Source: Nitrospinaceae bacterium (GTDB taxonomy: Bacteria > Nitrospinota > Nitrospinia > Nitrospinales > Nitrospinaceae). From it: 64,000 nt of DNA. Below, piece after piece: positions 56,396 to 64,000 of the stretch. The notes below the pieces were generated by a model. It did not search any database. It had not been told where the DNA came from and worked only from the letters and a program-made list of their open reading frames with translations. The stretch lies in assembly GCA_965223665.1 (NCBI GenBank), contig OZ245011.1:1888001-1952000 (forward strand), given 5' to 3'. Both the position numbers and the translations under genes were made by a program. How positions within the stretch are numbered: the first letter of the stretch is position 1; each line of letters opens with the position of its first letter.

Positions 56396-58508
56396 AGTCT
56401 TAAACTCCACCGCTGAAAATAATTTCAAGAAAGATAAAAAGGCATCGTCTCAAATAAATTCCTTTTTCTCCCCAAAGTCCGTTGCCATCATTGGCGCTTC
56501 CAGTAAACCGGGAAACCAGGGAGGCCGGATTGTAAAAAGTCTGCAAACGCAGGGATATCCCGGACAAATTACTCTGGTGCATCCCAAAGGACCCACCATT
56601 GATTCATTAAAACAGGTAAAAACTATAGAGGATTTACCGGAGGGTATTGATCTCGCCATCGCTGCTTTGCCCGCCGTTGATATTCCCGCGTTGATAAAGC
56701 CGCTGGCTGAAAAAAACATTCGCCACATTATTGTGATTAGCGGCGGTTTTTCCGAAACCGGGGAACAGGGTGAAACTTTGCAGAAAAATTTAGAATCTGT
56801 TTGCCACGAATTTGGTGTTCAAATAATAGGGCCAAATTGTTTGGGTGTATTTAGCGCATCCGATCATTTCAATAGCTTTTTTCTCTCTCCAAAGGACATT
56901 AGTTTTCCAGAACCCGGACCGGTAGGTATTCTATCTCAAAGTGGAGCATTCACTTCTTTGATTTTGGATCGATTTTCTCATCTGGAAATTGGCGTTAAGC
57001 GAGCGGTCAATTTTGGGAATCGTGCTGGTATTGGGGAAAATGAATTGCTGGAATTTTTTATGGAAGATCCACAAATTTCTGTGATTGGTCTCTATTTAGA
57101 GGGGTTTCAAAATGGGATACAGTTTTTAGATATCGCTCGAAAAGTAAATCAAAAAAAACCAATTGTCATTTGGAAGGGAGGACATTTCAAGGAGGGAAAA
57201 CAGGCTGCCAAAGCGCATTCCGCTTCCCTTGCCAGTTCCATAGAAGTTTTTCGGGCAGCCTGCAAAAAAACGGGAATCATTGAAGTGTTTGGATTTGAAG
57301 AATTCGTTCAGGCGATTCAAATTTTGACTTTGCAGCCTGTTCCCAAGGGTCCAAATGTATTGTTGGTTTCCAATGGTGGAGGCATGGGAGTTTACTTGAC
57401 GGACCTTTGTCAACGATATGGTTTGAAAATTAAAGAACCCACACAACCTGCAAAAAAAATCCTCCAAAGTTTTTTACCCCATTATTTTTCTATTCAAAAC
57501 CCGATCGATCTCACGGGATCAGGAACCAATCAGCAGTGCGTGCAAACCGTCGAGACTTTATTGCAATCCGGGGAATATGATAGTTTGCTCATGGTTCTTT
57601 TGTCGGGAACTGAAGGCATCAATTCAGACATTGCCGACAAGCTATTAAACAAAATTCCAAAACATATTCCTTTGGTTTTTGTCGCTTATGGAAAAAACTT
57701 ATTTCCTTCGATGGAACAAGCATTTTCACCACACAGAATTCCTGTGTTTTCTTCTGCGGAAGCGGCGGCACAAAGCCTTTCAGTTCTCACTCAAAGAGCT
57801 CAATACTTAAAGTTTCCTCCTGGTTCCAAGGATGATTTTTTATCGGAAACCTCCGTTACCGAGTGGCCCTGGGATCCCCAAGACCCAGTTGATGAAATTA
57901 GACTTAAGGAGCATCTCCGAAACAATGGAATCGAGGTTCCCCAAAACGAACACTTGAAAAATCAAGCCGACTTAAAAAATGCGATTCATAAATTAGGCTT
58001 TCCCATCGTCTTAAAAGCGATTCAACCTGAAATAAAGCACAAGTTGGAACTGAAAGGGATTCGATTAGGAATTCAAAACGAGAAGGAATTATTCAAGGCC
58101 TGGCAGGAAATGAATCAAAGTTTTCCCGAAAAAATTTGGGCCGAGGAACAAATACCGGAAGGTTTAGATGTCATGGTAGGAATACACCAGGACCTTAGTT
58201 TTGGCCCGGTATTGGTTTTTGGAACCGGAGGACATAATGTCGAGTTAATCAATGATATTAATCGAGTCATCTTACCTGCCTCGGAAGACGAGTTAATAAA
58301 CCTGATAAGAAAAACATCCGCTGGAAAAATTATAGAGGGCTATAGAGACCAACCTCCTTTAAATAGGGGTTTACTGATTGCCTTTTTAAAGCAGGTGGAA
58401 AAATTGATGATTGATACACCTCACTTGGAATCTCTGGATTTTAATCCCATCCGACTCTTCAAAAATCGGTTGGTTGTGTTAGATGCCAAATGCACGTTAC
58501 TGAAATAA
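56388..58508 (+). CDS. ADP-forming acyl-CoA synthetase (acetate--CoA ligase family, fused alpha/beta)
   Basis: PKSVAIIGAS, GGFSE, GPNCLG, SQSG, AHSASLA (phospho-His), NPIDL; C-terminal ATP-grasp GFPIVLK...FGPV...LDFNP. Confidence 0.92.
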   Translation: MSEVLNSTAENNFKKDKKASSQINSFFSPKSVAIIGASSKPGNQGGRIVKSLQTQGYPGQITLVHPKGPTIDSLKQVKTIEDLPEGIDLAIAALPAVDIPALIKPLAEKNIRHIIVISGGFSETGEQGETLQKNLESVCHEFGVQIIGPNCLGVFSASDHFNSFFLSPKDISFPEPGPVGILSQSGAFTSLILDRFSHLEIGVKRAVNFGNRAGIGENELLEFFMEDPQISVIGLYLEGFQNGIQFLDIARKVNQKKPIVIWKGGHFKEGKQAAKAHSASLASSIEVFRAACKKTGIIEVFGFEEFVQAIQILTLQPVPKGPNVLLVSNGGGMGVYLTDLCQRYGLKIKEPTQPAKKILQSFLPHYFSIQNPIDLTGSGTNQQCVQTVETLLQSGEYDSLLMVLLSGTEGINSDIADKLLNKIPKHIPLVFVAYGKNLFPSMEQAFSPHRIPVFSSAEAAAQSLSVLTQRAQYLKFPPGSKDDFLSETSVTEWPWDPQDPVDEIRLKEHLRNNGIEVPQNEHLKNQADLKNAIHKLGFPIVLKAIQPEIKHKLELKGIRLGIQNEKELFKAWQEMNQSFPEKIWAEEQIPEGLDVMVGIHQDLSFGPVLVFGTGGHNVELINDINRVILPASEDELINLIRKTSAGKIIEGYRDQPPLNRGLLIAFLKQVEKLMIDTPHLESLDFNPIRLFKNRLVVLDAKCTLLK

Positions 58509-58528
58509 TTTAAAAGGAGGAACAAACT

Positions 58529-59635
58529 TTGACTTCCAATTTACTTGATCCATTTGTCGATGATTTGGGACCCGAAAAAATAATTCATATCTACAAACCT
58601 GAATCAAAACTTCGAGCGATGGTCGTTATTGACAACTTATTTCTGGGCCCGGCAGTCGGGGGTTGCCGAATGGCAAAGGATGTCACGGTCGAAGAAGTTT
58701 TCCGCTTAGCAAGAGCTATGACTTTAAAGAATTCTTTAGCCAGTTTGCCTCACGGTGGTGCCAAGTCTGCAATTATTGCAGACCCGGAACATTGTGATAA
58801 GGAAACACTGGTTCGTGAATTTGCACTTGCCATCAAAACAATTTCTGATTACATCCCCGGGCCCGACATGGGAACGGATGAAACATGTATGGCTTACATA
58901 TACGACGAAATTGAGCGAGCGGTGGGACTGCCCAAAGTGTTAGGCGGAATTCCATTAGATGAATTGGGAATGACGGGATTTGGTTTAAGCATTGCGGCCG
59001 AAGTGGCTGCAAAAAAAATGGAATTAAATTTAGAAGGCGCCAAGTTGGTGGTTCAAGGTTTTGGAAATGTAGGTCGGGCCGTAGCAAAATTTCTTGAAAA
59101 GAAAGGTTGCAAGCTCATTGCGACCTGTGATTCCAAGGGCGCCGTTTTTAGTGAGAATGGATTGAATGTTCAAAATCTAATTAAATTTAAAGCGGAAGGA
59201 AATACCATTTCTCAATTTCCAGAGGGGAAATCCATGACACATGAGGAACTGTTGAAATTGGAATCGGATATTTTTATTCCTGCCGCCCGGCCGGATGTTT
59301 TCAGGATGGATAATCAGAGCCAATTAAAAACAAAATTAGTTTTGGAAGGTGCCAATATTCCCATTACTCACGAAGCCGCTAAAGAAATCTATAAGCGAGG
59401 AATTGTGATTATCCCGGATGTTATTGCCAATAGCGGCGGGGTAATCTGCGCAGCGACGGAGTACCAAAAACTGTTGGAAACCACTGCGTTCGAACGTGTT
59501 GAAGAAACCATCACAGCAAACACTTTAGAGTTGCTGAATCGGTTAGAACAAAAAGACCTGGCTCCGCATGAAGTTTCGATGGCAATGGCCCGCGAACGAA
59601 TCAGCGAAGCCAGGAATTATAGAGCACATATTTAA
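58529..59635 (+). CDS. Glu/Leu/Phe/Val dehydrogenase
   Basis: GPAVGGCR, MTLKN, GGAKS, GPDMGT, VQGFGNVG, EGAN, PDVIANSGGV; TTG start after AGGAGG. Confidence 0.93.
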   Translation: MTSNLLDPFVDDLGPEKIIHIYKPESKLRAMVVIDNLFLGPAVGGCRMAKDVTVEEVFRLARAMTLKNSLASLPHGGAKSAIIADPEHCDKETLVREFALAIKTISDYIPGPDMGTDETCMAYIYDEIERAVGLPKVLGGIPLDELGMTGFGLSIAAEVAAKKMELNLEGAKLVVQGFGNVGRAVAKFLEKKGCKLIATCDSKGAVFSENGLNVQNLIKFKAEGNTISQFPEGKSMTHEELLKLESDIFIPAARPDVFRMDNQSQLKTKLVLEGANIPITHEAAKEIYKRGIVIIPDVIANSGGVICAATEYQKLLETTAFERVEETITANTLELLNRLEQKDLAPHEVSMAMARERISEARNYRAHI

Positions 59636-59671
59636 TGCATTGGAACATACATCCTGGTCAACCATTCGAGA

Positions 59672-59887
59672 TTAATGGCCACCTTTATATTTGAAAGAAA
59701 GATGAACGCGTGCGCGGTATTCCACCACCTTATTATCATCCACTCGCATATCCAGTTTATTGACTTCAGCAATGCGCAGATCTTCCAAAGAATTTCCAGC
59801 CATTTCTACCGCATTTTTTGCCGCTTCTTCCCAGGACGTCTTACTGGTTCCCACTAACTCGATGATTTTATACACGCTGTCAGACAT
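59672..59887 (-). CDS. Dodecin-family protein
   Basis: VYKIIELVGTSxxSWEEAAKNAV...YRARVHLSFKY; AGGAGG RBS. Confidence 0.92.
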   Translation of the reverse strand: MSDSVYKIIELVGTSKTSWEEAAKNAVEMAGNSLEDLRIAEVNKLDMRVDDNKVVEYRARVHLSFKYKGGH

Positions 59888-60067
59888 CGCTCCTCCTTGG
59901 TTTAAAGTGTTAAAAGTTGTCGCGCCCCTGCCCCATTGTTCTCTCTACTATTAATATACTTCCCTACCGTTGGGTTTGCCATGCGCTAAAAAAGGTGGGA
60001 TCACTATTGATTAGAAAAGAATTCGGAATGAAATTTTTCCGAATCAAAGATTTCTTTTTAATTATTT

Positions 60068-60403
60068 TTAAAACCGGAATTTGAATATAGGGGCGGCTTC
60101 GGAGTGGGCCTGTTCTTTGGTGCCGTAGTCGTACGGGTCCCACTTTTCGTTTCTATCAATGGGATCGTACAGGAAGAGAGAATCTTTTTGGATCCGACTT
60201 TTCTCAACCTCGACTTTTTTCTTTTTCGTATCTCGCCAGGATTTGGTTTTTGATTTTTTTGGCGCTCGCCAGTCTCTCGATTTTTCCATCAACTTACCGG
60301 GAGCGGGAATCCTTGAATTTTTGGGAATGAATAAATTTTTGGACGGGTCGGCAAACACCACCAGTGTGTTCCATAGGAACAGGGTGAGGACTAGCGCAGT
60401 CAT
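60068..60403 (-). CDS. Hypothetical secreted basic protein (start uncertain)
   Basis: Signal-like MTALVLTLFLWNTLVVFA; duplicated (D/S)WR motif; ends FKFRF; longer ORF extension runs through a repeat. Confidence 0.6.
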   Translation of the reverse strand: MTALVLTLFLWNTLVVFADPSKNLFIPKNSRIPAPGKLMEKSRDWRAPKKSKTKSWRDTKKKKVEVEKSRIQKDSLFLYDPIDRNEKWDPYDYGTKEQAHSEAAPIFKFRF

Positions 60404-60463
60404 CAACCCTTTTGGAAATTGTGAGATTGGTGCAATGACGGAATTTGATAAAACCCCTTGAGG

Positions 60464-60599
60464 TAAAATCCCCCCAGCCCGGCCCACGGCCGGTGGGAAC
60501 AGTATTTTGCGAGGAGTTACTTTCAATGCAATCTCTTCACAAAGATTTCGAATATGCCTGCTGCATCCAATCGCTAGATTGGGAAAGGGGGAGCACATC
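60464..60599 (+). repeat. REP/MITE-like repeat, long form
   Basis: Begins AAATCCCCCCAGCCC; ends CTGCTGCATCCAATCGCTAGATTGGGAAAGGGGGAGCACATC, aligning with the 3' end of 41419-41558. Confidence 0.8.
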
Positions 60600-60666
60600 G
60601 GATTCCTTTTTAAAATTTGTTTTATTTTGTTCATTTACTTTTGAAATTTCAAAATACTCATTAAAA

Positions 60667-60708
60667 GGTCAATCACCCCAGCCCTCTTTAGGAAAGAGGG
60701 AGCATATC
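60667..60708 (+). repeat. REP-like repeat, short form
   Basis: GGTCAATCACCCCAGCCCTCTTTAGGAAAGAGGGAGCATATC. Confidence 0.9.
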
Positions 60709-60821
60709 AACCTCCGTTAAATTATTTTCTTCTAAAGAAAAGCTTCTTTATATAGAACCAACCCTACTTATGAAAAGGTTCTGTCAACTCTGCATTGTCC
60801 GTCAACCATTGAGAATTAATG

Positions 60822-60857
60822 TTCCCTCCAGTCGTGGACTGGAGAGGGGGCACATCC
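60822..60857 (+). repeat. Variant repeat copy with different hairpin
   Basis: CTCCAGTC-gtg-GACTGGAG followed by AGGGGGCACATCC; downstream CTTTCAACAG is shared with the 40570 copy. Confidence 0.55.
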
Positions 60858-60903
60858 GCTTTTCTTTCAACAGAATTTCCTAAAGAAAAAATTTTTTTAA
60901 AGT

Positions 60904-61731
60904 TCATTTCCATTTTAAAGACTCAAACCAATACTGGTGCGTAGCGCCTAACCAGGTATCGGCTTTGCGGGCCACAATCCATGAGTTGAGAAAATTCAGA
61001 AAGTCAGGGTCACCTTTTCGGACCGCAAACCCGGCATTCGTCCGCAACAACGGCTCCGACAAAGGAAGATCAATTTTTTTCGGATGCGCCAACGCCAGAA
61101 ACTGTGGTATGGGTTCCGCTTCCAAATAAGCATGAATGTCTCCGTTGAGGATCGCTTCTTCGGCTTCTTTATTTTTCTGGAACACACGAATGAACGCTTT
61201 ATCGAATAATCGTTTGGCAAGATCTTCTGAAACCGTGGTCGAGATCACGCCAATCCGAATGGAAGACTGGTTGAGTTCTTTCAAACTTTGGATATGTTTT
61301 GTCAGGGCCGTATTGGTAGCCAGGCTGATGCCCGAAGTCGCATAAGGCGAACTGAAGTTCACTTTCAACGCCCGCTGAGGCGTGATCGCCATTCCTGCAG
61401 AAATGAGATCGATTTTTCCTGAGTTCAGTGAAGGGATGAGTTGTTCCCAATCCAGGGGAATAATTTTCAATACCACACCCATATCTTCGGCAAGTTTTTT
61501 AGCAACGTCAATTTCAAAGCCGACCAGTTCTCCTTTTTTATTCTTCAGGGTCCACGGAGTGAAAAAAGAAACTCCCACCCGGAGGGATTTCTTTTTTAAA
61601 ATTTGATTAAATTTAAGACCGGCCGGATTGTCCTGGGCAGCAACAGATGGCAAATTCGTTACTGCAAAAATGAAAGCCAAAACGATCCAAACTGGGAAAA
61701 GGCGTAAAGTGCCCCACGATGTTAGCTTCAT
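60904..61731 (-). CDS. Amino-acid ABC transporter substrate-binding protein (family 3)
   Basis: LRVG, GFEIDVAK, LIPSLNSGKIDL, GMAITPQRA, VNFSSPY, FAVRKGD; no permease nearby; alternative start 61794. Confidence 0.9.
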   Translation of the reverse strand: MKLTSWGTLRLFPVWIVLAFIFAVTNLPSVAAQDNPAGLKFNQILKKKSLRVGVSFFTPWTLKNKKGELVGFEIDVAKKLAEDMGVVLKIIPLDWEQLIPSLNSGKIDLISAGMAITPQRALKVNFSSPYATSGISLATNTALTKHIQSLKELNQSSIRIGVISTTVSEDLAKRLFDKAFIRVFQKNKEAEEAILNGDIHAYLEAEPIPQFLALAHPKKIDLPLSEPLLRTNAGFAVRKGDPDFLNFLNSWIVARKADTWLGATHQYWFESLKWK

Positions 61732-61928
61732 AAACTTATGTGTATCCTTAGTGAGTTTTGAATGGTTAACGGTTGTTGTCCTATTGCCGCTCATTATATC
61801 TAAATTAGGACGGTACTTGGAAATTATTTGAAAGGACCGGCAGCCGTTATTCGTCTCAAAATTTTCTTGATTGCTTTGGGGGAATGGATTAAGTTTGAAG
61901 GAGAATATTAATTAATGGAGGTTAAACC

Positions 61929-62099
61929 ATGAAACGAATCAGCTTATTAGCTTTAATTCTGTTTGCTCTTATATTGAATGCGCCGATGGCTCACACCCAC
62001 CCGGGCCACGGACCCGATTCCATTTCCAAAACCAAAGGCGGGACCGATAAACAAAACTGCCATTGGGACAAAAAAAGCGGAACAAAGCACTGTCATTAA
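61929..62099 (+). CDS. Small secreted His/Cys protein, YHYH-domain-like (not in ORF track)
   Basis: GGAGG RBS; MKRISLLALILFALILNAPMAHTHPGHGPDSISKTKGGTDKQNCHWDKKSGTKHCH*. Confidence 0.8.
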   Translation: MKRISLLALILFALILNAPMAHTHPGHGPDSISKTKGGTDKQNCHWDKKSGTKHCH

Positions 62100-62555
62100 T
62101 TTCTTAGAGGGATTTCTTTTTTTTGCAAATCTCCGGACGTCCGCACATCTTATCTGCGTCCGCTGACGTGGGGATCATCGTTTATCCAAACAATCTGTTC
62201 AATAATCTGTATTTGTAGAAACTACTTAACATGTTTACTCCATCTCCATCGTTCGCCTAACGTTGAATTTTCTCTACCCAAAATTTAGGACTGCACCCTT
62301 ATTAGTGGCATAAATTTGAGGTCCTTCTTTTTATTGTTGTTCCTTAAATGATTTATCTATGATGAAACCCCACCGAGAAAAATTTTTCTTCAAAACTTTT
62401 TAAATTTAAAGTTCCGAAATTTAGAATAAAGACTTCCTAAAAAATATCTTTATAGATGAAGGGGGAAAATATATTCCTAAATTTTTCCCTGGTGGGTATC
62501 TCTTTTTTTCTTTTCCTCCTTGTTTAGTTATTCAAACGTTTTAATGGAGGATGCT

Positions 62556-63743
62556 ATGCAGAAATATTTAAAAATCTTATTTGGAGTTTTATTGTTTTCC
62601 TTTTTTTCGAGCAGTTTGGCGTTCGCGGTAATCACTAAAAGTTTCAATGCGACGGAAGACAGTTATGTGCGAGAAACCTCTCCAACTACTAATTATGGTA
62701 GCGATGTGGTTCTGATTTCTGATGGTGTCAACCAGGATCCGGACAATGGCAGATACGGAGAAGTCATCACGTTAGTAAAATGGGATTTATCTACAATTCC
62801 GGCCGAAGCGACCATAACCGGTGTTTCCATTTCATTCGGTTATTTAGATGCCAGCGCTGATCGGTATCACTTCTATTCGCAGGATTCTGCATGGAAAGAG
62901 GGGTCGGTAACTTGGGATGATTTAAATATCGACTCTACTCTTTTAGGAGTCATTCCTGCTTTTACTTTTGGGATGGGAACTCATCCATTAAACTCAGCTG
63001 GAATAGCTTTAGTGCAAGGTTGGGTGGACGGGTCAATTTCTAATAATGGAATAGTCGTTCGTACCAGTGGCACCAATAATGGCATTACTATGGATTCTAA
63101 AGAATCTAAAGGATTCATTCCCAAATTAGAAATCCAATACGATGCGGATTTTATCATTGATGAATTACTCTCAAGGATTGAACAATTAGAAACCATTCTG
63201 GCTGGGGTGAGTCGGAATGGCAAGACCCTTTTTTTGGAAGGAATGAATTTACAAATCGTCAACGGCCTTGGTACTACCAACGGTAACCCGGACGATCCTA
63301 CGGGTAATCTGGGAACCGTCAATGGGCTTGGCAATATCATCGTGGGTTATAATGAGGCCAACCAAGTATCCGATAAGTCTGGTTCGCATAATGTGGTGAT
63401 TGGCCATGGACATAATTATTCAAGCTTTGGTGGATTGGTAACTGGGAAGAACAACAATATTTTCGGGGCTTATTCTAATGTAAGCGGAGGTTCCTCGAAT
63501 ACCGCCAGTGGATTTCAAGCCAGTATCAGTGGCGGTTCTTCTAATACGGCCAGTGGATCGCAAGCCAGTATTTCGGGAGGGTTCACTAATGTAGCTGGTG
63601 GATTTAATACTTCCCATTCTAGTGTGAGTGGAGGCAGTCATAATACAGCCAGTGGAACCACTTCTAGTGTGAGTGGCGGTGAAAATAGAACCGCTTCAGG
63701 TTCAAACGACTGGGTCGCTGGCAGTTTGTTTGAAGATTTTTAG
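62556..63743 (+). CDS. Secreted DNRLRE-like domain protein, type A; paralog 11
   Basis: GGAGG RBS before ATG 62556; NGLGNIIVGYNE; 5 solenoid units; ends DWVAGSLFEDF. Confidence 0.9.
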   Translation: MQKYLKILFGVLLFSFFSSSLAFAVITKSFNATEDSYVRETSPTTNYGSDVVLISDGVNQDPDNGRYGEVITLVKWDLSTIPAEATITGVSISFGYLDASADRYHFYSQDSAWKEGSVTWDDLNIDSTLLGVIPAFTFGMGTHPLNSAGIALVQGWVDGSISNNGIVVRTSGTNNGITMDSKESKGFIPKLEIQYDADFIIDELLSRIEQLETILAGVSRNGKTLFLEGMNLQIVNGLGTTNGNPDDPTGNLGTVNGLGNIIVGYNEANQVSDKSGSHNVVIGHGHNYSSFGGLVTGKNNNIFGAYSNVSGGSSNTASGFQASISGGSSNTASGSQASISGGFTNVAGGFNTSHSSVSGGSHNTASGTTSSVSGGENRTASGSNDWVAGSLFEDF

Positions 63744-63756
63744 TCACCCCTTAATA

Positions 63757-63788
63757 GAGCAAACCTCGGTACCCTCCGAGGTCTGCTC
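63757..63788 (+). terminator. Type A family hairpin lacking a T tract
   Basis: GAGCAAACCTCGG-taccct-CCGAGGTCTGCTC; homologous to 12971, 14663 and 16232. Confidence 0.6.
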
Positions 63789-63830
63789 CATGGGGGGGCT
63801 TCTTGTTATAAAAGTGGAAGCATTTTCTTT

Positions 63831-64000
63831 ATGAGATTACAAAGTTTAATTAAATTGGTTATTACATTAGCCATTTTGCTTTACTTTTGGATTCCCGCCT
63901 CATATGCAAAAGAGAATTCAGAATCTTCGACTTGGTATATAAAAGGTAAGGATGACCTTCCCAAGATTAACTTTTACTTTTTTTGGTCAAGGGAATGTCC
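63831..64000 (+). CDS. 5' part of an exported thioredoxin/glutaredoxin-like protein (truncated by window)
   Basis: MRLQSLIKLVITLAILLYFWIPASYA signal; ...INFYFFWSREC(P), the likely start of a CPxC motif. Confidence 0.65.
   Translation, partial: MRLQSLIKLVITLAILLYFWIPASYAKENSESSTWYIKGKDDLPKINFYFFWSREC

Noticed and set aside
60404-60720. N-terminal extension of ORF 60068..60634, ORF 60445..60720, and ORF 40528..40710 with the shared peptide GQSPQPSLGKREHI
   Set aside because: These are translations of the repeat element, not credible proteins
10184-63743. Diversity-generating retroelement or shufflon driving the paralog family
   Set aside because: No reverse transcriptase, no adenine-specific TR/VR pair, no site-specific recombinase and no promoterless inverted cassettes; every paralog is a full gene

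Overview
AT-rich bacterial chromosomal window with no rRNA, tRNA, CRISPR, transposase, integrase or reverse transcriptase that I can recognise. The gene style gives an impression of a Nitrospinota-like marine bacterium, but no diagnostic marker is present, so this is unproven. The dominant feature is a dispersed family of 11 paralogous secreted proteins. They share an N-terminal DNRLRE-like beta-sandwich domain (DSY(V/G)RxTSPxxNYG...DGVxQDPDNGxxGEV...WDxSSIP...GIALVQGWxDG...GTNNxI) fused to four different C-terminal modules. Most copies are self-contained promoter-gene-terminator cassettes, and the family shows domain swapping, hypervariable loops and variable repeat number. Other content: (i) a circularly permuted ATP-grasp / alpha-E / Anbu / transglutaminase operon preceded by a frameshifted gamma-glutamyltranspeptidase; (ii) a small Asn/Gly-rich membrane-anchored protein and an adjacent secreted TPR protein that share an amyloid-like motif; (iii) a FAAL / transaminase-reductase fusion / adenylating enzyme / LolA-like / MMPL / SRPBCC cluster predicted to make a fatty-amine-derived lipid; (iv) a 2-oxoacid:ferredoxin oxidoreductase / ADP-forming acyl-CoA synthetase / Glu-Leu-Phe-Val dehydrogenase operon; (v) a family of REP/MITE-like intergenic repeats with ~42-bp and ~140-bp forms; (vi) small ORFs and a DASS transporter 3' remnant not in the ORF track. 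All functional calls come from motif recognition by eye; no searches were run.
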